Of a stretch of 64,000 nt of DNA, positions 1-13,111 are shown piece by piece. Location of the stretch: the NCBI GenBank assembly GCA_964016885.1, contig OZ024757.1, forward strand, positions 26,412,001 through 26,476,000, written 5' to 3'. The first letter of the stretch is position 1. Each line of letters opens with the position of its first letter. Under the pieces are notes generated by a model, which was given only the letters and a program-made list of their open reading frames with translations, was not told the DNA's origin and did not search any database. The position numbers and the translations under genes were made by a program. The stretch is from Eledone cirrhosa (taxonomy: Eukaryota).

Positions 1-724
1 ATGCACATACACACACACACACATACACACAGATGCACATACATACACATACACACACATGCGCACACAGATGCACATACATACACATACACACACACAT
101 GCACACACAGATGCACATACACACACATGCACACACAGATGCACATACACACACACACACACACACGCACACACAGATGCACATACATACACATACAGAC
201 ACATGCACACACAGATGCACATACATACACACACACACACACATGCACACACAGATGCACATACATACACATGCACACACAGCGGCACAGACACACACAC
301 ACACACACACGCATAAAGCACACCACTCTCTAACCCCCAACCCCCACCCCACCACCACTCCCCCCCCCCCATACGGCCCCATAACCACCCCCACCCCACC
401 CCAGCCCCACCCCACCGCCTCTCTAAACATATTAGGCTTTACTAGTGTGTACTCGTCTTCTTCGGGATGAACATGCCAACATCAGATAGGTTGCATAGCA
501 AGTGCTGGATCGATAAAACGAGGTATTGCACTGGTGTTGTTTTTGCTGCTACTGAACACTATGGCTGGCTGCAGTGTGCAGTGTGCAGTGTGCAGTGTGC
601 AGTGTGCAGTGTGCAGTGGTGTCCATACTAACTACCACAAATTTCTCTATAGGAATTTAGACAGAACACGCATGCATGTGTGTGTATATATATATATATA
701 TGTATATGTATATGTATATGTATG

Positions 725-755
<31 letters not shown>

Positions 756-1305
756 ATATATATGTATGTATGTATATATATATATATGTATATATGTGTA
801 TGTATATATATATATGTATGTATGTATATATATATGTATATGTATGTATATATATATGTATATGTATATATATATGTATGTATATATATATGTATATGTA
901 TATATGTATGTATATATATATGTATATGTATATATGTATGTATATATATATGTATATGTATATATGTATGTATATATATATGTATATGTATATATGTATG
1001 TATATATATATGTATATGTATATATGTATGTATATATATATGGATATAAATATATGTATATATATATAAATATTTACTCGTTGTTAACCCAACAATTTAA
1101 ATATAACTTTCCATGTATATATATATATATATTTATGTATATAGATATATGTATATAAATATATGTATATATATATATATATGTGTGTGTGTGTATATAA
1201 ATATATGTATATATATATATATGTATGTGAGTGTGTCCCACCCTTGCAAGCAGGGAAAAGCGGACGTAAAATGATGATGTTGATGATGTGTGTGTGTATA
1301 TATAA

Positions 1306-1378
<73 letters not shown>

Positions 1379-1466
1379 CACTTATATATATACATTTATA
1401 TGTCCCACCCTTGCAAGCAGGGAAAAGCGGACATAAAATGATGATGTTGATGATGATGTGTGTGTG

Positions 1467-1503
<37 letters not shown>

Positions 1504-1578
1504 TTCATTTTACGTCCACTTTTTCCCTGCTTGCAAGGGTGGGACATATAAATGTATATATATAAGTGTATATATAAA

Positions 1579-1648
<70 letters not shown>

Positions 1649-1651
<3 letters not shown>

Positions 1652-1726
1652 GGTGTCCTAAAAAATGTATACATATTTCAACAACAGATAACTCAAAGTG
1701 TGGGTACATTTTAGGAGGACACCCTG
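1649..1726. mobile_element. Tc1/mariner-type MITE
   Basis: TA-cagggtgtcc...ggacaccctg-TA; diverged copy at 53305-53383. Confidence 0.85.
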
Positions 1727-1751
1727 TATGTATATATGTATAATATATATA

Positions 1752-1798
<47 letters not shown>

Positions 1799-2028
1799 AA
1801 GCAAGTGTTTAAAATACTATAGTATTTAAAACATTCATATATCAACTGAATGTACACTCAATACTGGCAGGTAGTATTGAGTATAAGAAGAAAAGTGACA
1901 GTTTATGTTGTGTATATATTCGTTTGTATACACACACGTGTATAATAAATTATACACGTGTGTGTATAATTTATTTTTTAAGAAAAGTGACAGTTTTCTA
2001 GTTATAATATATATATATACACACACAC

Positions 2029-2100
<72 letters not shown>

Positions 2101-2103
2101 CAT

Positions 2104-2816
2104 AATAATAATGAAATTATTGTGTAAAGTGCTCAGGTGCACTACAACTCGTCAAAGGTGTATGTATAGTACATAGAATAATTGTTTCTACTTTAGGCAC
2201 AAGGCCAGCAATTACCCAGTGCATTACTGGTACTTTATTTTATCGACCCCGTAAGGATGAAAGGCAAAGTCAACCGCGGCGGGATTTGAACTCAGATCAT
2301 AAAGGGACGTAACTATGCTGGAAAGCATGGCGTTCGACCCTCTACCGATACTGCCAATAGAATAATACACAAATGTCAGGGAAGTACATGTGTGTATGTG
2401 TTAGCTGTAGTGTTGGCGGATCTCGGGAAGCATGGAGGCCTTAAAGGATGCAGTGTCTCGACAGCTAACAACTGATGCAGGTAGTTTGTTCCATGCTTCA
2501 GCAACTCTGAGCGTGAAAAAATGTTTCCGAAAGTCATGGGAGCTGTGCTGTTTTCTTACTTTGTGGGCATGTCCACGTGTGTTAGACACATGGAAATCAA
2601 AAAGGTACTCAGGGTTGTTGTTGGCAACATGGTTAACAATTTTGTGGTTGTTTACCAAGTCAGTTGCCAGGCGTCAGAGCTTCAATGTATCCATGCCCAG
2701 GGAAGCAAGGCGCTCAGAGTATGGTAGATGCCTGATGGAGGCTATTCGCTTGGTTGCACGTCTCTGAACAGTTTCCAGGCGGTCAATGTTCTGAGCAAGA
2801 TAGGGGTTCCAGACTG
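2104..2816 (-). mobile_element. CR1-type LINE 3' fragment interrupted by a SINE
   Basis: Minus frame SNTRGHAHKVRKQ...RKHFFTLRVAEAWNKLP...FK is the CR1 ORF2 C-terminus; 3'UTR ends in (ATT)n; homologous to 41714-42190. Confidence 0.88.
2183..2356 (-). mobile_element. tRNA-derived SINE family 1, nested in CR1
   Basis: B box gttcaaatcc, central gcctttcatccttacggggtcgataaaataaagtaccag; TSD atagaataat at 2173-2182 and 2357-2366. Confidence 0.9.
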
Positions 2817-2864
2817 GTATTAAATTCAAATATTAACAAAATAGATATTCTTGTGATCAATTAA

Positions 2865-2930
2865 ATTTTATTATACATATTTCAGAGGTGCTTGAATCAA
2901 GTTCAACAGTACGTCCTCATCAGATAAAAT
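2865..2930 (-). ncRNA. Type-I hammerhead ribozyme motif
   Basis: Minus strand attttat-CTGATGA-[stem II]-GAAA-tatgta-TA-ataaaat; 7-bp stem I; second copy at 39199-39264. Confidence 0.7.
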
Positions 2931-3073
2931 AAAATGATACATGACATACCCTGACACGTTAGATGGTTAAGATTTAATCAAAGTAGTATTATATATATAT
3001 GTGTGTGTAACCTCAGTTTTATGTGTGTGTGTATATTTGTATATAAAGAATATATTTTGATATCAACATATTA

Positions 3074-3118
<45 letters not shown>

Positions 3119-3196
3119 ATAGAGGTATAGACAGACAGACTGGCAAACAGATATTTGATATCGAAATATATTCTAAATATTTCTTTATAAATAAAT

Positions 3197-3260
3197 ATTT
3201 CTTCTGATGAATGAAGACAGACATAAATATCTGACTTCAAGAAACCACTGGTAAATGAAT
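3197..3260 (+). ncRNA. Type-I hammerhead ribozyme motif
   Basis: CTGATGA (3204), stem II tgaag/cttca, GAAA, stem III acca/tggt, GUA triplet; stem I imperfect. Confidence 0.7.
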
Positions 3261-4144
3261 TATCTTATGTTGTTTTTTACATAACTAAAAAGCTCTGTAG
3301 CCTACATAGAGCACTCTCTTTTCCTTTACCTTTCCTACGGAAATACTTCATTGTTATATATATATATATATGTGTATATATATGTGTATATATATATATA
3401 TGTATATATATGTGTGTATATATATATATATTTACAGGTAATAGATTGTAGGAAAATCATGAAGGTAGAGATGTTGATATTGAATATTCCATATTTATTA
3501 ATAATTCCAACATATATATATATATATGTACATATGTATATATGTGTGTGCATGCACAAACACACACATGCCATATGATCTACATTTATGAAATTTTTCC
3601 CAAAAATAAAAAGGGAAAAAAAATATTCTTTTAATAATAAAATAAATATTTGATAAATCAAATTTTAAAAAATCTGAAATTCCGATATGCATTTTTTTCT
3701 TTTTTATTTTGTTTTTTTTTTGTTTCATTAAAATAAAATAAAACCCCCAAAATATAATAATTAAAAAAAAAAGATTTTAAAAGTACAAGGAAGGAGGTGG
3801 GAGGGGGGCTATATTCTGTTAGTAATACATATATGAATATGTTTTAAGCTGCTCTGTGTGGTTAATATAACCAAGAATATTTTACTAGTGGTACAGAATA
3901 TGTTTTTTAGTTCTACGTATTGAGCCTCAGGTGCTCTAAACCAGGATTTCATTGTCAAACTGAGTTTATATACAATCAAAAGATAGAGTTATTTTAAATA
4001 AAACAGCCACAACAGCTACAATAATATATGGTCTAATGCTGTGTACTGTATGTATGAGAAATTGTAAAAAGGAAAAGAGAAATTTGAAGTCTCAGAAATA
4101 TAACTGTGGTAAATAACCAGGAACATTATCAAGTTTATGGTTAA

Positions 4145-4336
4145 AGGCGGTGGATTGGCAGTATCGGGAGAGGGTCGGACAACATGCTTTGTAGCACAGA
4201 GTTACGCCCCTTTCTGATCTGAGTTCAAATCCTGCCGAGGTTAACTTTGCCTTTCATCCTTACAGGGTCGATAAAATAAAGTACCAGTAATGCACTGGGG
4301 TAATTGCTGGCCTTGTGCCAATAGTAGAAACAATTA
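4145..4336 (+). mobile_element. SINE family 1
   Basis: ggcggtggattggcag head, gagttcaaatcc B box, same body and tagaaacaatta tail. Confidence 0.9.
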
Positions 4337-4351
4337 TCAAGTTTATACAGA

Positions 4352-6172
4352 GATACATACTTACATACTCATATACATATATACATACAGACTCATATAC
4401 ACATGTACATACATACAGGCATACATACTTACATACTCATATACATATATACATACAGACTCATATACATACCCACACATGTACATACATACAGACATAC
4501 TTACATACTCATATACATATATACATACAGACTCATATACATACCCACACATGTACATACATACAGACATACATACTTACATACTCATACATATATACAT
4601 ACAGACTCATATACACATGTACATACATACAGGCATACATACATACTCATATACATATGTACATACAGACAGACATACTTACTTACATACTCATATACAT
4701 ATATACATACAGACTCATATACACATGTACATACATACAGGCATACATACATACTCATATACATATATACATACATACTCATATACATACACACACATGT
4801 ACATACAGACATACATACATACTCATATACATATATACATACATACTCATATACATACACACACATGTACATACAGACATACATACTTACATACTCATAT
4901 ACATATATACATACAGACTCATATACACATGTACATACATACAGGCATACATACATACTCATATACATATATACATACATACTCATATACATACACACAC
5001 ATGTACATACATACAGACATACATACTTACATACTCATATACATATATACATACAGACATACTTACTTACATACTCATATACATATATACATACAGACAT
5101 ACATACTTACATATATACATACAGACATACTTACTTACATACTCATATGGTGGCTGCCAACTCGTTTTCGAGTACGGCCACTACTTTATATCCATGTAGG
5201 AGAACCCCTACCGATGCGCTGAACGAGTGTGACTTTTTAGTCCAGCCAGCGACTTGAAAACTCTGGTACAAACACTACACTTGTGACAATTATTGACACT
5301 TAGTGCTGGGCCCATGGTACCATGTGACGACAAGTGCAGAGAGATCTCCAGATATAAAGCAATGCCTGTGCCGTGAAGCTTTTATAGTGAGCAAAGGCAC
5401 TGCACAAAGCCAGTCCCACTCTCTTAACCAAGATGATATTTACCAAAAAGAAGAACAAGTCAACATCATTGGATACCATCAGAGTTGCAGGTGTTATATC
5501 AGAGTTTTCCTTCTCCTAGAATTCTGCCTTGACAAAGGCTAAGGGGTCATCTCTCCCATACTCATATACATATATACATACAGACATACTTACTTACATA
5601 CTCATATACATATGTACATACAGACAGACAGACAGACTTACTTACATACTCATATACATATATACATACAGACATACTTACTTACATACTCATATACATA
5701 TATACATACATACTTACATACTCATATACATATATACATACAGACATACTTACTTACATACTCATATACATATATACATACAGACAGACATACATACTTA
5801 CATACTCATATACATATATACATACAGACATACTTACTTACATACTCATATACATATATACATACATACTTACATACTCATATACATATATACATACAGA
5901 CATACTTACTTACATACTCATATACATATATACATACAGACAGACATACATACTTACATACTCATATACATATATACATACAGACATACTTACTTACATA
6001 CTCATATACATATACACATACAGACAGACATACATACATACTCATATACATACATACAGTCAGACAGGCAGACAGACATACTACATACTCATATACATAC
6101 ATTCATACATACAGACATACTTACATATTCATACAGACAGACATACTTACATACATCATACACACTCATACA
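4352..6172. repeat. TACA-derived minisatellite
   Basis: Repeated catactcatatacatatatacatacagac units. Confidence 0.9.
5148..5558 (-). mobile_element. Unclassified ~410-bp insertion, end resembles an RTE 5'UTR
   Basis: Unique sequence interrupting the catactcata minisatellite; minus-strand ctaggagaaggaaaactctga resembles RTE 5'UTR motifs (from memory). Confidence 0.4.
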
Positions 6173-6279
6173 TAGTAAAAAGCAAAATTGTTTATTTTAT
6201 TTTTTAAATCTTGAATTTTACTTTTACAACTTTGCTACTGTTGGAGAAATATTCAATATAAATCACATTCATTTAAATT

Positions 6280-6612
6280 TTGCTCCCTCTCACCTAGTAA
6301 CACAGGGCTACTTAATCTGTACCTAGTAGTATAGGGGTAACATTGCTCCCTCTGTACCTAATAATACAGGGCTACCATAACTCCCTCTTACATAATCTGT
6401 ACCTAGTAACCAGGGCTATCATAGCTCCCTCTTACATAGTCCCATACCTAGTAATACAGTGCTACTTACATAGTCTGTACCTAGTAATACAGGGTACCAT
6501 AACTCCCTCTTACATAGTCTGTACCTAGTAATACAGGGTACCATAACTCCCTCTTACATAGTCTGTACCTAGTAATACAGGGCTATCATAGTTCCCTCTT
6601 ACACAGTCTGTA
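6280..6612. repeat. ~44-bp minisatellite
   Basis: gtacctagtaatacagggtaccataactccctcttacatagtct repeated. Confidence 0.9.
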
Positions 6613-6809
6613 GCTATATTTTAGATTGAATAGTCAAGAATGCATTAATATTATAGTTATGGCAAGTGGCATGACCAAAATATGGAACACTATTATAGGT
6701 ATTTGGTGCACCAAACCACCTAACGAGCACAAGAATACAATAACTTCTGTACTAGATAATTCCATGAACAGTTATTTAAATAATTCTGTTGACCCAGGTT
6801 GCAGTTAAG

Positions 6810-7068
6810 AATACAGCAACTTTCAAAGTAGAAGGGTTATGTCATCTAGCTGAATAACTGATCGACAAAACTATGGTGTCAGTCTCAGGTGACATAGAAC
6901 TTCCAAGATCATATATCGGAATGTGTGAGGGAAATTTCAAGAGTAGTTATTTAAACCATAATTTCCTCTTCAAATATTTACAGATAAAATAAATAGTATA
7001 GAATTATCAAGCCATATATGGAACTTGAAAAGTCATAGTATTGACAGCTTTGATATTATCTGGTCTAC
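6810..7068 (+). mobile_element. Penelope-like GIY-YIG endonuclease remnant
   Basis: YIGMCEGNFKSSYLNH (6912 onward), then after a frameshift ELSSHIWNLKS...IIWS, resembling the YIGxTExxFKxRYxNH...ELSxYIWxLK pattern. Confidence 0.75.
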
Positions 7069-7450
7069 ACTGCTCTTCAGTAACAAGTACATCTCCTTGT
7101 CAAGCTTCTGTGGCCTTTTAAAAAGAACGAGCCCTCGTGAGCTGGAGTGGCTGTTTCTGCATGTCTCCCTTGCTATCCTCCAGGACAACATTTTCTCCAT
7201 TCTGTCCAGGGCCTATGAGAGGTTGGGTCCAGCCGGTACTTTGTTCCTGGACGCAAAAGCTAAGAATGCCCCCACAGCAACCATGCGACATCCATTTTGA
7301 GAAAAAAAATTTTGCCTGCTTCAGGCCGCCATGCAAAATTTCTCGTGGGGGCCCTGATTCTGTCCACTGGGAGCATGAGGTGGACTAACCCTTAATTGAG
7401 AGTGAAATTGATTGTTAAACTTAGGGGGAAATAGTTCTTTAGGAACACTA

Positions 7451-7618
7451 ATAACTGTTTCTACTTTTGGCACAAGGCCAGCAATTACCCCAGTGTATTA
7501 CTGGTACGTTATTTTATCGACCCCGGTCGGATGAAAGGCAAAGTTAACCTCGGCGGGAATTGAACTCAGGCCGTAAAGAGGCATAACTATGCTGGGAAGC
7601 ATGGTATCCGACCCTTTA
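7451..7618 (-). mobile_element. SINE family 1
   Basis: Reverse complement of the same consensus. Confidence 0.88.
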
Positions 7619-8164
7619 CACTGAACAGTCAGTTTCTAAATGTAAAAGAGCTGAGGCTGATCACATATGGTAGGCATAGCTCATGACCAACAGACAAACG
7701 AGATGAGATAACAATGTTATTTTGTGTGTCTATTACTTGTGTCTCAAAGGTATATTATGGCTGGAATTTAATTTTTTTTTTTTTTGTCCTTTCTGTTAGC
7801 TGGTTACATATATACATTTAATTAAGAAAAATAGTATTTATTTGGTTTATTGTTAACCAAGGCACATAGTGACCACACACACTCTCTCTCTCTCTCTCTC
7901 CCACACATACACATATATATACACACACCACACATATATATATACATATATATACATATATATACATATATATATATACCCCACTCTCCAGAGCGTGAAA
8001 TTAATAAACATTCGTTGTACTGCCTCTCTGTTTTGTTCCTGTTCAAATTTTCCATTATATATATATATATCAATATATATATATACTGCCAATTCAACTT
8101 TTCAAATACAAGTCGATGTTGTACGGTATGTCAAATCTATTTATCTATAAAACTGTTTATATTG

Positions 8165-8230
8165 TATTTTGTCTGAGGAAGGCATAGCATATTGTTAATA
8201 TGATATCCCTGAAATATATATAATGAAATA
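8165..8230 (+). ncRNA. Type-I hammerhead ribozyme motif
   Basis: tattttgt-CTGAGGA-agg..cct-GAAA-tatata-TA-atgaaata; homologues at 9294-9363 (+) and 40571-40631 (-). Confidence 0.65.
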
Positions 8231-8271
8231 GATATGGTTTTATAAATATAGTTTCCATTTATTTAATATCG

Positions 8272-8304
<33 letters not shown>

Positions 8305-8707
8305 AAGTAATTAAGTCAAATATTTAAAATTTGGCTTCGTTTATTAAAGATGTACTGTGCTTAGATATATATTTCGGTGACAGCCATCATTAGCTGTGAC
8401 CTCTTCAGGCAGTCCGAATTGGTGTGGTAGAGACAGGTACACATGTTGTTAAAGTGTTTTACTCTGTCAATACTCCGATATGTCCAGCTCCTGGTTGGGG
8501 TGTTATTTCTCTGAGGAACTGGAATCATATGAATTCGAACAAACGAATTTCGGCATCATAGGACACTCTCTCCTCCCATTGGTCAGTTTAAATATTTGAC
8601 TTAATTACTTTATTTTACATTACTCCGGAGTAACCAAACCAACCTGCGTACTTCGTCGAGTGGTCCAATCTGCATACTGAGGTGTCGGTAAACAACCAAC
8701 ATATACT

Positions 8708-8755
<48 letters not shown>

Positions 8756-9067
8756 AAACAAGGACAAGTGGTTACTCCTTCATTACGTTTATTGGTTGGT
8801 GACGCGTGTTTCGCCACTGATCAGCTGAAGGTTTGATCTGTATTGATCTAGCCCGACTCTGTAATCCACGGCACGTCAAACCCCTTATAATTGTAATATA
8901 TATATATACAGATTCACACACGCACATACATATCGACAGTCGATCAACTTTCGTCAAATCGGACCAAGGAAACAATGTTTCCATTGGTCTTTCCAATTAC
9001 TAATACTATCTATCGGTCGCAACTCCAGGTAGAAGGAGCAAAATGAATAAATATATATATATATATG

Positions 9068-9405
9068 CAAAAGTTCTATTTAAAGTTGTTGGGATACAAC
9101 AAGTAAATATTTTTATAACTGATATGAAGCACTCGACAAATTTTTGGAGTAGATATACGATATTAATAAATGGAAACTATATTTATAAAACCATATTTAT
9201 TTCATTATACATATTTCAGGGATACAGCCTCCAAAAGTAATGGTTGTATTTTAAAGGGTACGTCAAACCTATTTGTAAAACTGTTATATATTGTATTTTG
9301 TCTGATGAAGGCATACCATAATTTAATGTGGTATCCCTGAAATATAATATATATAATGAAATAAATATGGTTTTATAAATATAGTTTCCATTTATTAATA
9401 TCGTA
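9068..9405. mobile_element. Fold-back element family E with hammerhead motif
   Basis: 9153-9225 is an inverted copy of 9331-9406. Relatives at ~8040-8275, 40528-40740, 2819-2990 and 39153-39320. Confidence 0.8.
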
Positions 9406-9553
9406 TATATATATATATATATATACAGTGCACCACCCTTTGGTTTCTATATATATGTGTGTGTGTGCATGTGTGTGATTATATCATCATATTTATATAC
9501 ATATTTACATATATATATATATATTTTTACATACATATATATATATATATATA

Positions 9554-9910
<357 letters not shown>

Positions 9911-9917
9911 ATATATA

Positions 9918-10152
9918 TAAGATCAAAAGATGGTTAAATGAGTTCCATGTATTTTATTATGCGCATTTCAAAAACAAATATCATCATGCAATAACATGAT
10001 ATTTGTTTTTGAAATGCGCATAATAAAATACATGGAACTCATTTAACCATCTTTTGATCTTATATATTATGTATACTCCAGTCCTACAAACTGTAGAGTG
10101 CTTCTTATCCGATATCTGCATTGCTTTATTGTACTACAATAAAACTCACCTC

Positions 10153-10157
<5 letters not shown>
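9918..10157 (+). mobile_element. Fold-back element family B in (TA)n
   Basis: 67-bp arms 9918-9984 / 9996-10062, 11-nt loop, ~95-bp tail. Confidence 0.85.
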
Positions 10158-10196
<39 letters not shown>

Positions 10197-10200
10197 ATAT

Positions 10201-10566
10201 CTAGGGCGGGTAAAATTCCCGAGATCCATGGACGAGTTCTCTCCAGCGGTCTCTGTCCCTCATTATCGCTGCCATGTCCTGCCTCTCCAACAGACCAGTG
10301 TCTGTCTTTAGGACATCAACATACGTTAACCTTGGTCTTCCTCTTCCAGTGTGTCCATGTAGGGGCTCCCACAGGAGCACTGAGTGCAATGTCAACTCTG
10401 GATGTTGGCGAGCATGTCCAGCTAACCTCAATCTCCTCTGTGTCACTTTTGAGCTGACTTTTGGGAGGCTCCCATACAGCTCTGAGTTTTTCATCCTCCG
10501 TGTATACTGATTAATGTTCAGAGCCATCCTCAGCATTCTCGTGTAGCACCCATCCACCATCTGAGT
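10201..10566 (-). mobile_element. RTE-clade LINE 3' fragment (second family)
   Basis: DGCYTRMLRMALNI...RRLRLAGH...GRGRPRLTYVD...DRDRWRE; the stop codon is followed directly by (AT)n. Confidence 0.88.
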
Positions 10567-10580
10567 GATATATATATATA

Positions 10581-10778
10581 TAGGAAAAAGTATGACCCCG
10601 ACCGCAGAGCTCAAGCCGTTTCGACGGCTATTTCTAGACTGAGTCCAGAAATAGCCGTCGAAACGGTTTGAGCTCTGCCGTCGGGGTCATACTTTTTCCT
10701 ATTTCCCACTCTACTACCCTAAGTATTGAGTACTCTGGTGCGTTATGGTCCATCTGATTCCTTACCACATTTCCTTTG

Positions 10779-10780
<2 letters not shown>
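10581..10780 (+). mobile_element. Fold-back element family A
   Basis: Near-perfect palindrome 10581-10701 plus the same tail; (TA)n on both sides. Confidence 0.88.
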
Positions 10781-10823
<43 letters not shown>

Positions 10824-11001
10824 GCATACACAATCACCCTTCTTCAGCAGAGAAAGTGTGGAGGGAGAGAGAGAAGAAAACGGGGGGGGGGTATAACAAT
10901 AGTGTCAGCTGTAAAGATTAAGGGACACTGCTCCTCACACATATCAATATATCAAGTGTAGAGTAAGGAGGAGGAGGAGGTACACATAAATATATATATA
11001 T

Positions 11002-11046
<45 letters not shown>

Positions 11047-11111
11047 TATGTGCACACATACATACACATAGATACACATACACACACACATAGATACAAA
11101 TACACACACAC

Positions 11112-11142
<31 letters not shown>

Positions 11143-11861
11143 TATATATATATATACATATATATGCACACATATACATACACATTTACGCACACACACG
11201 TATACAACACTCATACACATACACACACACACTCACACATACATACATACACACATACACACACATACATATATACAAACTTAAGCGCGCACACATATCC
11301 AACTCATACATACACACACATACATATATATATATATATATGCACACACACATACAAACACATATACAACACTCATACATACACATACATTCACAGATAC
11401 ATACACATTCACACACACATTCACACACACACACGTATACGCACACACACAGACATATATATATATATATATATATATATACACGCACATATCCAACACT
11501 CACACATACACATAGTTACACACTCACACACACACACACATAAATACACAAAGGAGAGAGAATTAGAAGACTGATGGTGGGGAGAGTGGGATGAAGAGGG
11601 GGGGGGGGCGTGAGTGGAGAGGGTCCATGGAGGGGGGGGAAGAGAAAGGGAGAGGGTGGGAGGGATGAGTACAATAGGAGGCACTCCTTGAAAAATATAT
11701 AAGCAGCAGCTTGACTGACTGTAAATACCTCCTCCCCCCTCTTCTTCTTCCTTAACCCCTGCCTTGTCTGTCTGTCACTGATGCCCTATATACACACACA
11801 TATATATATACATGTATATATATGTATATATAGAGAGAGAGAGGGTCCCTTAGAACTACAA

Positions 11862-11898
<37 letters not shown>

Positions 11899-11900
<2 letters not shown>

Positions 11901-12102
11901 GGAGAAAGTATGACCCCGACGGCAGAGCTCAAGCCTCCTCGACGGCTATTTCTGGACTAGTCTTTAGTCCAGAAATAGCCGTCGAAACGGCTTGAGCTCT
12001 GCCGTCGGGGTCATACTTTCTCCTATTACCCACTCTACTACCTTAAGTATTGAGTACTCTGGTACGTTATGGTCCATCTGCTTCCTTACCACAATTCCTT
12101 TG

Positions 12103-12103
<1 letters not shown>
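11899..12103 (+). mobile_element. Fold-back element family A
   Basis: Palindrome 11899-12025 plus the same tail; (TA)n on both sides. Confidence 0.88.
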
Positions 12104-12150
<47 letters not shown>

Positions 12151-12215
12151 ATTTGAAGACTAAAATCCCTTTAAGGGTGAAAGCAGCGATTCTTTGCTTA
12201 AACTTTAATCTGTTA

Positions 12216-12266
<51 letters not shown>

Positions 12267-13111
12267 ATGTATATATATAGAGTCCCTTACAAATTCAAAC
12301 ACACATATATATGTATATATATATATGTGTGTGTGTGTGTGTATATATGTGTATGTATGTATATATGTATATTTATGTATATGTATATTTATGTGTGAAT
12401 ATATATATATATTAATGTGTGAATATATATATATTTATATGTGTATATATATATATATATATATTTATGGGTGTATATATACATATAAATATGTGTGTGT
12501 GTGTGTGTGTGTGTGAGTGTGTATAAAGAGAGAAAGACTCCTGTAATAATACATACACACATATGCATACGTTAGCATACACATACAAATACTCACACAT
12601 AGATGTGTATATATGTGTGTGTGTGTGTGTGTGTATATATAAGTATGTGTGTGTGTCTGTGTGTTTATGTGTTTGTGCATGTGTACATATGTATGTGTGT
12701 GTGTACGTATGTATCTATGTATTATGTGTGTGCATGTGTATGTATGCATGTGAGTGTGTATGTATCTATCTATGTATTATGTGTGTGTTTATGTGTATAT
12801 GTATTATGTGTATGTATGTATGTGTGTTTGTAAATATATATGTATGTTCTTCTGGTTTTATTATTTTAAAATAAATAAATAAAGAAATAAAGAAATCATT
12901 ATTTTTACGTCCCTTTATGATCTGAGTTCAAATCCCGCCTTTCATTCTTACGGGGTCGATAAAATAAGGTACCAGTAATGTACTGGGTAATTGCTGGCCT
13001 TGTGCCAGTAGAAACAATTATTTTATAAAATGTCCCCCAACACAGAGTGAGAGCCGGTTTCTAACATAGACACAAGACTCCTTCATTGGAATTTAGACAT
13101 CAACTCAGTAA

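Noticed and set aside
490-540. miR-153-, miR-92- or U2-like seeds (ttgcatag, tattgcac)
   Set aside because: Only 8-9-nt matches and no precursor hairpin.
7070-7400. GC-richer island with short ORFs
   Set aside because: No recognisable motif; probably an unclassified TE fragment.
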